A stretch of 64,000 bases of DNA from Baekduia sp. (lineage in GTDB: Bacteria; Actinomycetota; Thermoleophilia; Solirubrobacterales; Solirubrobacteraceae). This document shows positions 34,532 through 43,057 of this stretch, one piece after another. The notes beneath the pieces were generated by a model, which saw only the letters and a list, made by a program, of their open reading frames with translations, was not told where the DNA came from and ran no database searches. Location: contig DASTWY010000068.1 of the NCBI GenBank assembly GCA_035765735.1, forward strand, positions 44,893-108,892. Reading direction: 5' to 3'. How positions within the stretch are numbered: the first letter of the stretch is position 1; every line of letters begins with the position of its first letter. The position numbers were made by a program, and so were the translations under genes.

Positions 34532-36805
34532 ATGGGTCGAGGAGCGAGGGCGGTTGCCGTGGCAGCCGCTGTCTCGAGTGCGCTGGGGGCCACAGCCGTG
34601 CCCGCAGGCGCGCTGGCCGCCACGTCGGACGGGCGGGTGTACGAGCAGGCCACTGCAGTGGACAAGAACGGAAGCGCCGGCTTCCGCCAGAACGGCGCCG
34701 TGGTGACCCCTGAGACCGGCACCGTCGGCTTTCCGCTGCTCGTGGCGCCGGACGGCAACCGGCTCCTCTACGCCTCCGAGGGCGCGTTCGCCGGTGGGAT
34801 CGACGGCATCGGCAACGTGTACCAGGCAGACCGCGGTGACGGGGGATGGGCGACCACGGCGATCACGCCGCCCTCGCCGATGACGCATCCGACCCTGCTG
34901 CAGCTCGGCCGTCCGGATCTGTTCGACGCGACGCCCGATCTGGGCACCACGATGTTCTGGATCCGAAACTCTCCCGTCGTTAATCCGAGGAGCGTCCTGG
35001 AACGCCGGCTCCCTGACGGGTCGCTCCAGGCGGCATCGCTGGGCTCGCTCGGCACCACCGGCACCGGTGACGCGCTCTACGGCGGCGCGTCGACCGACCT
35101 GCGGCATGTGGTCTTTGCCTCGCTGAGCGCGATCGAGCCCGGGGCGGAGCCGGCGGCGGCGCTGGTCCAGCACACCCTCTACGAGCGGGACCTCGAGACC
35201 GGCACGACGCAGATCGTCGGCGTGCTGCCGGACGGCTCAGTTCCGGCGGGCGGGGCTTTCCTCGGCAACGGTGGCTACCACGTCCCGACGTACGACAACG
35301 TCGAGTCGCGGCACGCGGTGTCGGCCGATGGCTCCAGGGTCATCTTCATGAGCCCGGAGTCGGGGGACTTGCACGAGCTCTACGTGCGGGTGGACGGCAG
35401 CCGGACGATCCAGGTGTCCGCGTCGCAACGGGCCGCCGCGGGCGACGGCCCAACGGTGGGCGCGTGGTTCCAGGACGCAACCGCTGACGGCTCGATCATC
35501 TACTTCACCTCTGATGCGCAGCTGACGGACGACGACGACGACGACGCGATCGACCTCTACCGCTTCGTCGTCAACGCGGCGGGGACGGGCGGCACGCTCA
35601 CGCGCATGTCGCCCGGCCTGGGCTCCGACGGCATGGTGGGGATGTCCGCCGACGGCCAGGTCGTCTACTTCGTCGCGCAGGGTGTGCTGGGAGGCTCGCC
35701 GGCGACCGCGGGGGCGCCGAACCTCTACGTCGACGACCACGGGACGCTCTCCTTCGTCGCGACCCTGAGCCCGTCCGACCACGTGCGCCTGGTCGACACG
35801 AAGCCCCGCTGGACCCCGACCAACGTGCCGGACATCGACTGGGCCCCGCAGGCCCGCGTGACACCGGACGGGCGGCACGTGCTGTTCCAGTCCTTCGCCG
35901 CGGTGACGGGCTTCGACGCCGGCGGCCACGCCGAGGTCTTCCGCTCCACGCTCGGAGGCGGCATCGACTGCCTCTCCTGCGGGCCGGCCCCGAGCGGGGA
36001 CGCACGGCTGACCGATCCGTACTACACGCCCTCGGTCCGGCTGCCGCACAACCTCAGCGACGACGGCGCCACCGCGTACTTCGAGACGCCGGACCCCCTC
36101 GTCGCGCAGGACGTCAACGGGCAGTTCGACGTCTATCGCTGGCATGGCGGCGCGGTGACGCTCATCTCCGGCGGCACCGGGCCCCGGGAGTCCGGGTTCA
36201 TCGACGCCAGCTCCGACCCCGTGGACCGCGACGTGTTCTTCCGCTCCTACGACCAGCTCGGCGCGAGCGACACCGACACGGCCGGCGACATCTACGACGC
36301 ACGGGTCGGCGGCGGCTTCCCGGTGCCGCCGCCCGGGACCGCGCCGTGTCGCGGTGACGGCTGCCGTGCGATCGTGCCGGCTCCGCCTCCCCCGGCCGGG
36401 GGGACGCTGACGTACTTCGGAGCCGGCAATGCCAAGGCCGCGCCGCACGACGCCGACTCGGAGGCGACGCTGTCGGTGGCGCCGATCAAGCGCTCCGCCG
36501 TCCGCCGCTGGGCCCGCACCGGGCGTCTGCGGCTCGAGGTCCGTGTGTCGGACGCGGGACGCCTCGCCGTCACCGCCAAGGCGCCGTTGCGCCGCTATCA
36601 CCGCGCGCGAGTCGTGGCGCATGCCGTGCGGCATCCGCACGGCGGCACGACCACCGTCACGCTGCGGCTGCGCCACCGGGCGCGCGTGGCGCTGCGGCGC
36701 GGCCATCGGCTGCGGACGACCGTGACCGTGCGGCACGCCGCGGTGAGCAAGCCGCTGGTGGCCACCGTCGTCCTCCCGTCCAGCAACCACAAGGAGCAGC
36801 GCTGA
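34532..36805 (+). CDS. Secreted PD40/TolB-like beta-propeller repeat protein with Arg/His-rich C-terminal domain
   Basis: A GGAAAGG RBS precedes the start, and the signal peptide ends ALA-AT. There are about 8 repeats of the type (A/P)DGxxxxF.S followed by D(L/V/I)Y(R/D). The sequence also has a DDDDDD run, a CRGDGC plus Pro-rich linker, and a basic beta-strand-patterned tail. Confidence 0.8.
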   Translation: MGRGARAVAVAAAVSSALGATAVPAGALAATSDGRVYEQATAVDKNGSAGFRQNGAVVTPETGTVGFPLLVAPDGNRLLYASEGAFAGGIDGIGNVYQADRGDGGWATTAITPPSPMTHPTLLQLGRPDLFDATPDLGTTMFWIRNSPVVNPRSVLERRLPDGSLQAASLGSLGTTGTGDALYGGASTDLRHVVFASLSAIEPGAEPAAALVQHTLYERDLETGTTQIVGVLPDGSVPAGGAFLGNGGYHVPTYDNVESRHAVSADGSRVIFMSPESGDLHELYVRVDGSRTIQVSASQRAAAGDGPTVGAWFQDATADGSIIYFTSDAQLTDDDDDDAIDLYRFVVNAAGTGGTLTRMSPGLGSDGMVGMSADGQVVYFVAQGVLGGSPATAGAPNLYVDDHGTLSFVATLSPSDHVRLVDTKPRWTPTNVPDIDWAPQARVTPDGRHVLFQSFAAVTGFDAGGHAEVFRSTLGGGIDCLSCGPAPSGDARLTDPYYTPSVRLPHNLSDDGATAYFETPDPLVAQDVNGQFDVYRWHGGAVTLISGGTGPRESGFIDASSDPVDRDVFFRSYDQLGASDTDTAGDIYDARVGGGFPVPPPGTAPCRGDGCRAIVPAPPPPAGGTLTYFGAGNAKAAPHDADSEATLSVAPIKRSAVRRWARTGRLRLEVRVSDAGRLAVTAKAPLRRYHRARVVAHAVRHPHGGTTTVTLRLRHRARVALRRGHRLRTTVTVRHAAVSKPLVATVVLPSSNHKEQR

Positions 36806-39753
36806 TGTCCGCGCGCCGGTTCGTCCTTCCCGCCCGCGGGCGGCTGCATCGTGGCCTCGCCATCCTGGCGATGGCGCTGGTGTCGGCGGTGGCGTGGAGC
36901 GCCACCGCCAGCGCCAAGGTTAGCCTGCAGACCTTCTCGGTCGAGCTGACCGGGCCCCAGGCGCAGGTGGCCGGTGGCCATCCGGATCTCACCACGACGT
37001 TCATGGTCACCAACGACCCCACGGCAGGGCCGTACGGGAACCCGTGGCCAGCCGAAGACGTCCGAGACGTGACGGTCGATCTGCCCGCAGGTTTCGTCGG
37101 CAGCGCCGTTGCGGCCCCTCAGTGCACGTATCCCGACCTGACGCATCTGCGCTGCAGCGCCGACAGCCAGGTCGGCATCGTCGGCATCATCTTCGACGCG
37201 GCCGGACACTCATCGCCGGTCGGTATCTACAACATGGTGCCGTCGGCGGGACACACGGCGGAGTTCGGGTTCAACGTCCAGGGCCAGGCGTCCAACGTCG
37301 GCGTCGTCAGCGTGCGTTCCGATGGCGACTACGGGCTGCGGGTGACCATGAAGGGGATCACCTCGCAGGTCATCCCGACCTACGGCGCGAAGGTGACCCT
37401 GTGGGGCGTGCCTGCCGACCCAGTGCACGACGCTGAGCGCTACGCCGGCTTCCCGCCGGCCCCGGGTGCGTCCAGCGGCGCTCCGCGCGTGGCGTACATC
37501 ACCAACCCATCCGTCTGCGGCACGCCGTTCCAGGCGTCGATCGTGGTCAACTCCTATCAGGACCCGACCCACGACACGCACCAGACGGCCGATATCCCGG
37601 CGATGAGCGGGTGCGGCGACCAGCAGTCGCACCCGAAGATGACCGTCCGCGCGGAGGCCACGACCTCGGCGACACCGTCCGGGATGCTGGTCGACCTCGA
37701 CGTCCCGCAGGCCGACAACCCCGGTGCGGTGGCGACGCCCCCGGTCAAGGACGTCAGCCTGACGTTCCCCTGGGGCGTGTCGATCTCGGCCGCCGCGGCT
37801 TCCGGCCTGCAGGGCTGCACCGATGATCAGGTCGGCATCGGCAGCGCCGGTGCGCCGGCGTGCCCGGACGCGTCGAAGATCGGCAGCGTGCAGATCGACA
37901 CGCCGCTGCTGCCGGAGGCGCTCAAGGGCGACGTCTACCTCGGCGCCCCGAAGTCCAACGACGCGCAGTCCGGGAACATGTTCCGGATCCTGCTGACCGC
38001 CGAGGGCTCCGGTGTGCGCCTCAAGCTCCCGGGCAGCATCACCCCGGACCCGGCGACCGGGCAGCTCACCGCCGCGTTCCGCGACGAGCCGCAGCTGCAG
38101 TTCAGCCACCTGGCGCTCCGCCTCGACGGCGGTCCGCATGCGGTGCTGACGCTCCCCGAGGCCTGTGGCACGGCGACCTCGTCGGCCACCGTCACCGACT
38201 GGGGCGGACGCAGCACCACGAGCACGAGCGCGTTCGACGTCACCAGCTGTCCGGGTGCCGGGACGTTCGGCCCGACCCTCGCGGCCGGATCGGTCAACCC
38301 GGCGGCCGGGGCGAGCTCGCCGTTCACGCTGACGTTCGGCCGTCCGGCTGGGCAGGTGTGGCTCGGCAAGCTCGTGGCCACGCTGCCGCCGGGCCTCATG
38401 GCCGAGGTGGCCGGGGTGCCGCTGTGCGCTGACGCGCAGGCCGCTGCGGGCACGTGCTCGGCCGACACCCGTGTCGGGCGCGTCGACGTCCTCGCGGGCG
38501 ACGGCAGCGACCCGCTCCCGCTCGCCGGCCAGGTGTACCTCACGGGCCCCTATCACGGAGCGCCGTTCGGGCTGTCGATCGTCATCCCGGCGATGGCCGG
38601 TCCCTACAACCTCGGCACGGTCGTCGTCCGCGCCGCGGTCTCGGTCGATCCGCACGACGCGCATCTGCGGGTCGTCAGCGACGACATCCCGACGATGCTC
38701 CAGGGCGTGCCGTTCCGGCTGCGCTCGGTCAGCGTCACGATCGACCGCGGCGGGTTCATGGTGAACCCGACCAGCTGCGATCCGATGCAGGTCCTTGCGA
38801 CCATCTCGAGCGTCGCGGGCACCGCGGTCGACACGGCCAACCGGTACCAGGTGGGCAGCTGCCAGGCGCTGCCGTTCGCACCGCGGATCCGGATGACCAC
38901 CGACGGCACGGTCGAGAAGAACGCCGACGCGTCGCTGCACGTCTCGATCGAGCAGTCGTCGCCGTCGGCCAACCTCCGCACCGTGCGGGTCACCCTGCCG
39001 GAGCACATGGGTCCGCGGCTGAGCACGCTGAACCAGGCGTGTGCCGAGAACGACTACGTCGCCGGCACGTGCGGGCCCGGGTCGGCGATCGGCCAGGCGT
39101 CGGTGTCCACACCGATCCTGCCGGTGCCGTTGACCGGCCCCGTCCACCTGGTGGCTCGCAAGGGCCAGCTGCCGCTGATGATGGTCGACCTGGCCGGCCA
39201 GGGGATCAACATCCAGCTCAAGGGCGATGTCTCGTTCGCGGGCTCGCGGCTGGTGGCCACGTTCGACGGGATCCCCGATGTGCCGATCTCGCGGTTCGAC
39301 ATGGACCTGCCCAAGGGGGCGGGCTCGGCCCTGACGTCCGACGCCCGTCTGTGCGATCAGCGGCTCGAGGCTCCGACCTCGGCCGTGGGCCAGAGCGGCG
39401 TCACCGACGACCAGGACGTGCGGGTCACCGCGACCGGCTGCAAGGTCCACATCGCCAGGGCGTCGCGCAAGGGCGCGGCGTCGCGCCTGACGCTGTCGGG
39501 CGTGGAGCACACGGCGCTCACCGTCCGCGGTGGCCGCCTGGTCCGGCCGGTGAAGCGCTCGGTTCGCCGCAGCCACATCGCGCACGTGACCGTGCGGCTG
39601 ACCGGCAAGGGCCGCCGGGTCTACGCGAAGCACCACGACAAGCTCCGCGTCAGGGTCCACGTCACGGCCGAGCTCGCCGACGGCAGCACGCAGAAGACGG
39701 CGCGCTGGGTGACGTTCCGCCCGGCCAAGCGCGGCCAGTTCCAGACGAGCTAG
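36805..39753 (+). CDS. Large secreted hypothetical protein with ~200-aa triple internal repeat and Arg/His-rich C-terminal domain
   Basis: The ATG overlaps the upstream TGA (TGATG). The signal peptide ends ATASA-KV. The composition is non-junk with many Cys pairs. Repeat anchors are G(D/Q/P)V(Y/H)L at nt 37927, 38527 and 39136. Confidence 0.8.
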   Translation: MSARRFVLPARGRLHRGLAILAMALVSAVAWSATASAKVSLQTFSVELTGPQAQVAGGHPDLTTTFMVTNDPTAGPYGNPWPAEDVRDVTVDLPAGFVGSAVAAPQCTYPDLTHLRCSADSQVGIVGIIFDAAGHSSPVGIYNMVPSAGHTAEFGFNVQGQASNVGVVSVRSDGDYGLRVTMKGITSQVIPTYGAKVTLWGVPADPVHDAERYAGFPPAPGASSGAPRVAYITNPSVCGTPFQASIVVNSYQDPTHDTHQTADIPAMSGCGDQQSHPKMTVRAEATTSATPSGMLVDLDVPQADNPGAVATPPVKDVSLTFPWGVSISAAAASGLQGCTDDQVGIGSAGAPACPDASKIGSVQIDTPLLPEALKGDVYLGAPKSNDAQSGNMFRILLTAEGSGVRLKLPGSITPDPATGQLTAAFRDEPQLQFSHLALRLDGGPHAVLTLPEACGTATSSATVTDWGGRSTTSTSAFDVTSCPGAGTFGPTLAAGSVNPAAGASSPFTLTFGRPAGQVWLGKLVATLPPGLMAEVAGVPLCADAQAAAGTCSADTRVGRVDVLAGDGSDPLPLAGQVYLTGPYHGAPFGLSIVIPAMAGPYNLGTVVVRAAVSVDPHDAHLRVVSDDIPTMLQGVPFRLRSVSVTIDRGGFMVNPTSCDPMQVLATISSVAGTAVDTANRYQVGSCQALPFAPRIRMTTDGTVEKNADASLHVSIEQSSPSANLRTVRVTLPEHMGPRLSTLNQACAENDYVAGTCGPGSAIGQASVSTPILPVPLTGPVHLVARKGQLPLMMVDLAGQGINIQLKGDVSFAGSRLVATFDGIPDVPISRFDMDLPKGAGSALTSDARLCDQRLEAPTSAVGQSGVTDDQDVRVTATGCKVHIARASRKGAASRLTLSGVEHTALTVRGGRLVRPVKRSVRRSHIAHVTVRLTGKGRRVYAKHHDKLRVRVHVTAELADGSTQKTARWVTFRPAKRGQFQTS

Positions 39754-39789
39754 CCGCCACCGGCGTCTTCGGGCGCCGGAGCAGTCCAT

Positions 39790-39825
39790 CCGGAGGCCCG
39801 CGTTCGCCCGAACGCGGGCCTCCGG
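39790..39825 (+). terminator. Strong GC hairpin (16-bp perfect stem, 4-nt loop)
   Basis: CCGGAGGCCCGCGTTC-gccc-GAACGCGGGCCTCCGG lies 37 nt after the 982-aa gene stop. Confidence 0.65.
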
Positions 39826-39931
39826 CGCGAGCGGGCAGAGGCCCGGTCGCTCCGTCGTGCGCGGGCGCGCCTCCGTCGTTCTCAGGCCGGGGCAGGCCGC
39901 GGCTCACCTCAACGCAAGGAGTCAGATCAGC

Positions 39932-40522
39932 ATGCAGAAGATCGCGCGAACGGCTGCAGTCGTGTTGCTGCTGTCGCTCGTCGGCGTCGCCTCGGCGTCG
40001 GCCACCACGGTCAGCCCGAGCGGCTCGGGCACCGCGTACACGATGACCAACTCCGGCAACGTCGTCATCAAGGACCCGGCTGGCACGGCCATGTCGTGTA
40101 CGTCCTCGTCGCTGACCGGGACGACCACGTCGAGCGGCGCGCTCACGTTCTCCTCCGAGAGCTTCGGCGGCACCTGCACCGGCGCGGGCTTCAACTGGAC
40201 GATCACCACCAGCGGCACGTGGACCGGCACGCTGACCTATGACGCCAGCGGAAACCACAAGTTCCAGATCACCGTGCCGGCAGGCGGGATGCACTTCTCC
40301 AACGGGTTCGGCTGCACCTATGACGTGAGCGGGACGACCAGCGCGTGGAACGGCACGAGCGGGGGCAAGTACGTGAACACCGGCAACCTGACGCTCCTCA
40401 ACGCCGGCGGGCTGTCGGTCAGCAACGTGTCGTTCGGGTGCTTCGGCACCGTGGCCACCGGGCCGGGCGAGACGCTGTCTGCGACCTACACGGTGTCGCC
40501 CGTCGCGACCGTCAGCCCGTAG
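39932..40522 (+). CDS. Small secreted Ser/Thr/Gly-rich four-Cys protein (paralog A)
   Basis: An AAGGAG RBS is present. The signal peptide is MQKIARTAAVVLLLSLVGVASASA-TT. It is 196 aa and about 75% identical by eye to the product of 41317..41916. Confidence 0.8.
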   Translation: MQKIARTAAVVLLLSLVGVASASATTVSPSGSGTAYTMTNSGNVVIKDPAGTAMSCTSSSLTGTTTSSGALTFSSESFGGTCTGAGFNWTITTSGTWTGTLTYDASGNHKFQITVPAGGMHFSNGFGCTYDVSGTTSAWNGTSGGKYVNTGNLTLLNAGGLSVSNVSFGCFGTVATGPGETLSATYTVSPVATVSP

Positions 40523-40610
40523 GGGCAAGAGGGAAGGCTGCGCGCGTCGGGTGAGGGTCTGCCCGGCGCCACGCGGGAAGCCTCGCCGAGAACCAGCCGC
40601 TGTCGGACCT

Positions 40611-40642
40611 GGAGGCCCGCGCCGACGAGGGCGCGGGCCTCC
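40611..40642 (+). terminator. GC hairpin (13-bp perfect stem, 6-nt loop) sharing the GGAGGCCCGCG core with 39790..39825
   Basis: GGAGGCCCGCGCC-gacgag-GGCGCGGGCCTCC lies 89 nt after the paralog A stop. Confidence 0.6.
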
Positions 40643-41264
40643 GGCGCGTTCGGAGTCCTAGGCTGACCGGCCTCCATGTTCTCCTGACCGTTCTCTGTCG
40701 GTTGAGCGGGGTGTTCTCGTTTCGGCTCAGGCTCCGAAGTCGAGTCACGTCGCAGCACGTGGTTGACTGCAGCTTGTCGGTGACGACGGGCGCTGCTCAG
40801 GCGGGGATGCGCGCGTTGACCTCGTTCTGATCCTTGGCGAACCGTGCTCTGGCTCTATGGTTGGCCTGAGGACCTGACGCATCGATTCTCGGACAGGGAG
40901 CGACGGGAGACCAACCACCACGGCTGCGACTATCGCCGGCTCGCAGCGGCGCCGCGGCTCCAGAAAGCACGGACAGTACGCCGGCCTCGGCCATCGTGGC
41001 GCCCCGACCCGCGCGGCGCCGCCAGATGAGCCCCGCTGAGCTGCGCCTGTCGGCACAACTCGGAGGCCGCTCCATCTGAGCCGGAGGTCGCAGCGCCCTG
41101 ACGGTAACCGCGCGGTGCACCTCGTCCGGCCTCCTTGCGGCGGCGATCGACGACCCTCGGCCGGCCAGCTGCACGGGAGTCTGCGCTGGTGCATGTGGAG
41201 ATCCCGCGGAGCTGCCGGTCAGGCACGTCGCGCAGGGTGGGCTGAGCCGGCGCTTAAACGACAT

Positions 41265-41290
41265 GGCCGGGGAGCATGCGCTCCCCGGCC
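41265..41290 (-). terminator. GC hairpin (11-bp stem GGCCGGGGAGC/GCTCCCCGGCC, 4-nt loop) downstream of paralog B
   Basis: Read directly. It lies 27 nt beyond the stop of the minus-strand gene 41317..41916. Confidence 0.55.
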
Positions 41291-41316
41291 ACGAACCTGC
41301 GTCGTGCTGCTGGGTG

Positions 41317-41916
41317 CTACGAGCTGACCGTGGCGGTCGGGTTCAGCGTGTAGGTCCCGCTGAACGTCGCGCCGGGGCCGCTGGCGACGGCGCCGAAGCA
41401 GCCGAACGCCACGTTGCTGACCGACAGGCCGCTCGCGTTGGTCAGCGTCGCCGTGCCGCTGTTGACGTACTTGCCACCGCTCGTGCCGTTCCAGGCGCTC
41501 GTCGTGCCCTGGACGTCGAAGGTGCAGCCGAAGCCGTTCGACAGGTGCGCCCCCGCGGTCGGGACGGTGATCTGGAACTTGTGGTTCCCGCCGGCGTCGT
41601 ACGTCACCGAGCCGGTCCAGGTGCCGCTCGTCGACACCGTCCAGTTGAAGCCGGCGCCCGAGCAGGTGCCGCCGAAGCTCTCCGAGGAGAACGTGAACGC
41701 GCCGCTCGACGAGGTCGTGCCGGTGAGGGTCGAGCTCGTGCAGCTGATGGACGTGCCGGCGGAGTCCTTGAAGACCGTGCTGCCACTATTGGTGGCGGTG
41801 TACACGTTCCCCGAGCCGCTCGGGCTGACGGTGGTGGCCGACGCCGAGGCGACGCCGACGAGCGAGATGGCGAGCATGGCCACGGCGAAGAGCGCGCGGC
41901 GGATCTTGTGAGACAT
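41317..41916 (-). CDS. Small secreted Ser/Thr/Gly-rich four-Cys protein (paralog B)
   Basis: The signal peptide is MSHKIRRALFAVAMLAISLVGVASASA-TT. It is 199 aa and collinear with paralog A, including all four Cys and the NHKFQITVP motif. Confidence 0.8.
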   Translation of the reverse strand: MSHKIRRALFAVAMLAISLVGVASASATTVSPSGSGNVYTATNSGSTVFKDSAGTSISCTSSTLTGTTSSSGAFTFSSESFGGTCSGAGFNWTVSTSGTWTGSVTYDAGGNHKFQITVPTAGAHLSNGFGCTFDVQGTTSAWNGTSGGKYVNSGTATLTNASGLSVSNVAFGCFGAVASGPGATFSGTYTLNPTATVSS

Positions 41917-42169
41917 CTGGTGTCCTTTGATCGATGTGAGTGATGCGCCCGCACCGAGTGCCGGCGCCTCCTACGGTCCTGCCTGGCCTGCCAGGGGCAG
42001 GCAGTGGTGGTGTGCCTCGATGCCCTCCCTTCGTCCGGCCGTCGCGCGCCGGCTGCCTCCGGCTGCGCTCACGGATCGATCGGAACGCCGCTGAGATAAC
42101 CACACCGTAGGGTCCGAAGTCAAGCATGTTTTTGAGACCGGGCATTTGCATGTGTCCAGACATGCGAAC

Positions 42170-42195
42170 GGCGTGCCCAGCTGGCTGGGCACGCC
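42170..42195 (-). terminator. GC hairpin (11-bp stem GGCGTGCCCAG/CTGGGCACGCC) downstream of DUF892-like gene
   Basis: Read directly, 37 nt beyond the stop of 42232..42975. Confidence 0.5.
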
Positions 42196-42231
42196 GTGCG
42201 ATTGCTGCCGTGCAGCGTCTCTGATGAAGGT

Positions 42232-42975
42232 CTACGACTTCTTCGCGCGAGCCCCGGTGGTGGTTCGCGCGCGCGAGCCGGTCGAGCGGCTCGTCGTCCG
42301 CGAGCCCGAGGCCGACGAGCGCGTGCGCGTCGCTGCGGAGGCCCGGCGGGCCTTGCCCGTGGTGGCGGTGGTGCGCCGGCGCGGCGTCGCCGGCTTCTCC
42401 GCCGGCGGCTTGCGCTCCTTCGCCGGGATCTCCTCCTTGACGACCTGCTTGGTCAGCTGCGGGATCAGCCGCTGCAGGAACGTCGCCATCCGCTCCTCCT
42501 GACGGCGGAACTCCTTGGCGAGCTTCGCCGTGTCGACGTCGCCGAGGGCGTCGGCCAGCTGCTCGATGGCCAAGTAGTTGCCGATCTCCTCGAACTCGTT
42601 GAACAGCTCCGTCTTGGCGTTCTTCAGCAGCTTCTCCGCCTCGCCGGTGCCCCGGAGCATGTGCACCGGGCCCTTCGCCATCGCGGCGCCCTTCTTAGCG
42701 GCACCCATCGCCTTGCCCGCGACGTCGGCGGCGACGTCGGGCCCGGGGAGGTTCAGCGCCTCGGCCTTGCCGCCCAGCGCCTTGATGCGCCGCTCGAGGC
42801 CCTTGGCCTGCTGCTGGGTCTCCTTGAGGTGCTCGCGCAGCCGCTTCTTGTAGGCGTCGCGCGTCGTCATCGAGATGTGCGCCTTGAGCGCCGTCTCGAG
42901 CTCCTTCTCCTTGCCGTAGGCCTCGTTGAGGTACTGGATCAGCTTCGCTTCGCGGGCGGTCGGCTCGGCGGCCAT
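42232..42975 (-). CDS. DUF892/YciE-YciF-like ferritin-fold stress protein with basic Ser/Thr/Arg-rich tail
   Basis: The sequence MAAEPTAREAKLIQYLNEAYGKEKELETALKAHI...EIGNYLAIEQLADALGD is typical of the family. The last ~55 aa (PRRRTTATTGKARRASAATRTRSS...) are low-complexity and basic. The track ORF extension to 43137 runs through the tRNA and is rejected. Confidence 0.8.
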   Translation of the reverse strand: MAAEPTAREAKLIQYLNEAYGKEKELETALKAHISMTTRDAYKKRLREHLKETQQQAKGLERRIKALGGKAEALNLPGPDVAADVAGKAMGAAKKGAAMAKGPVHMLRGTGEAEKLLKNAKTELFNEFEEIGNYLAIEQLADALGDVDTAKLAKEFRRQEERMATFLQRLIPQLTKQVVKEEIPAKERKPPAEKPATPRRRTTATTGKARRASAATRTRSSASGSRTTSRSTGSRARTTTGARAKKS

Positions 42976-43057
42976 GGGGCAGGGCTCCTCCTCGGTGGGA
43001 TCCGTACGCCGACGACTGTTCCCCACGGGCAGGTCGTCTACACTGCCGGAGAACCCT

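Noticed and set aside
34447-34713. Small ORF (MLSEQDFAKLNAVRGIWPLES...) in the leader of the secreted module
   Set aside because: It is part of a long junk-frame ORF (32263..34713) and runs into the PD40 gene out of frame. There is no RBS, and the composition becomes Arg/Gly junk.
40486-41327. Seven overlapping 61-155-aa ORFs between the small paralogs
   Set aside because: They overlap each other, are Arg/Pro/Ser-rich, and have no RBS or motif. They are treated as non-coding (see finding).
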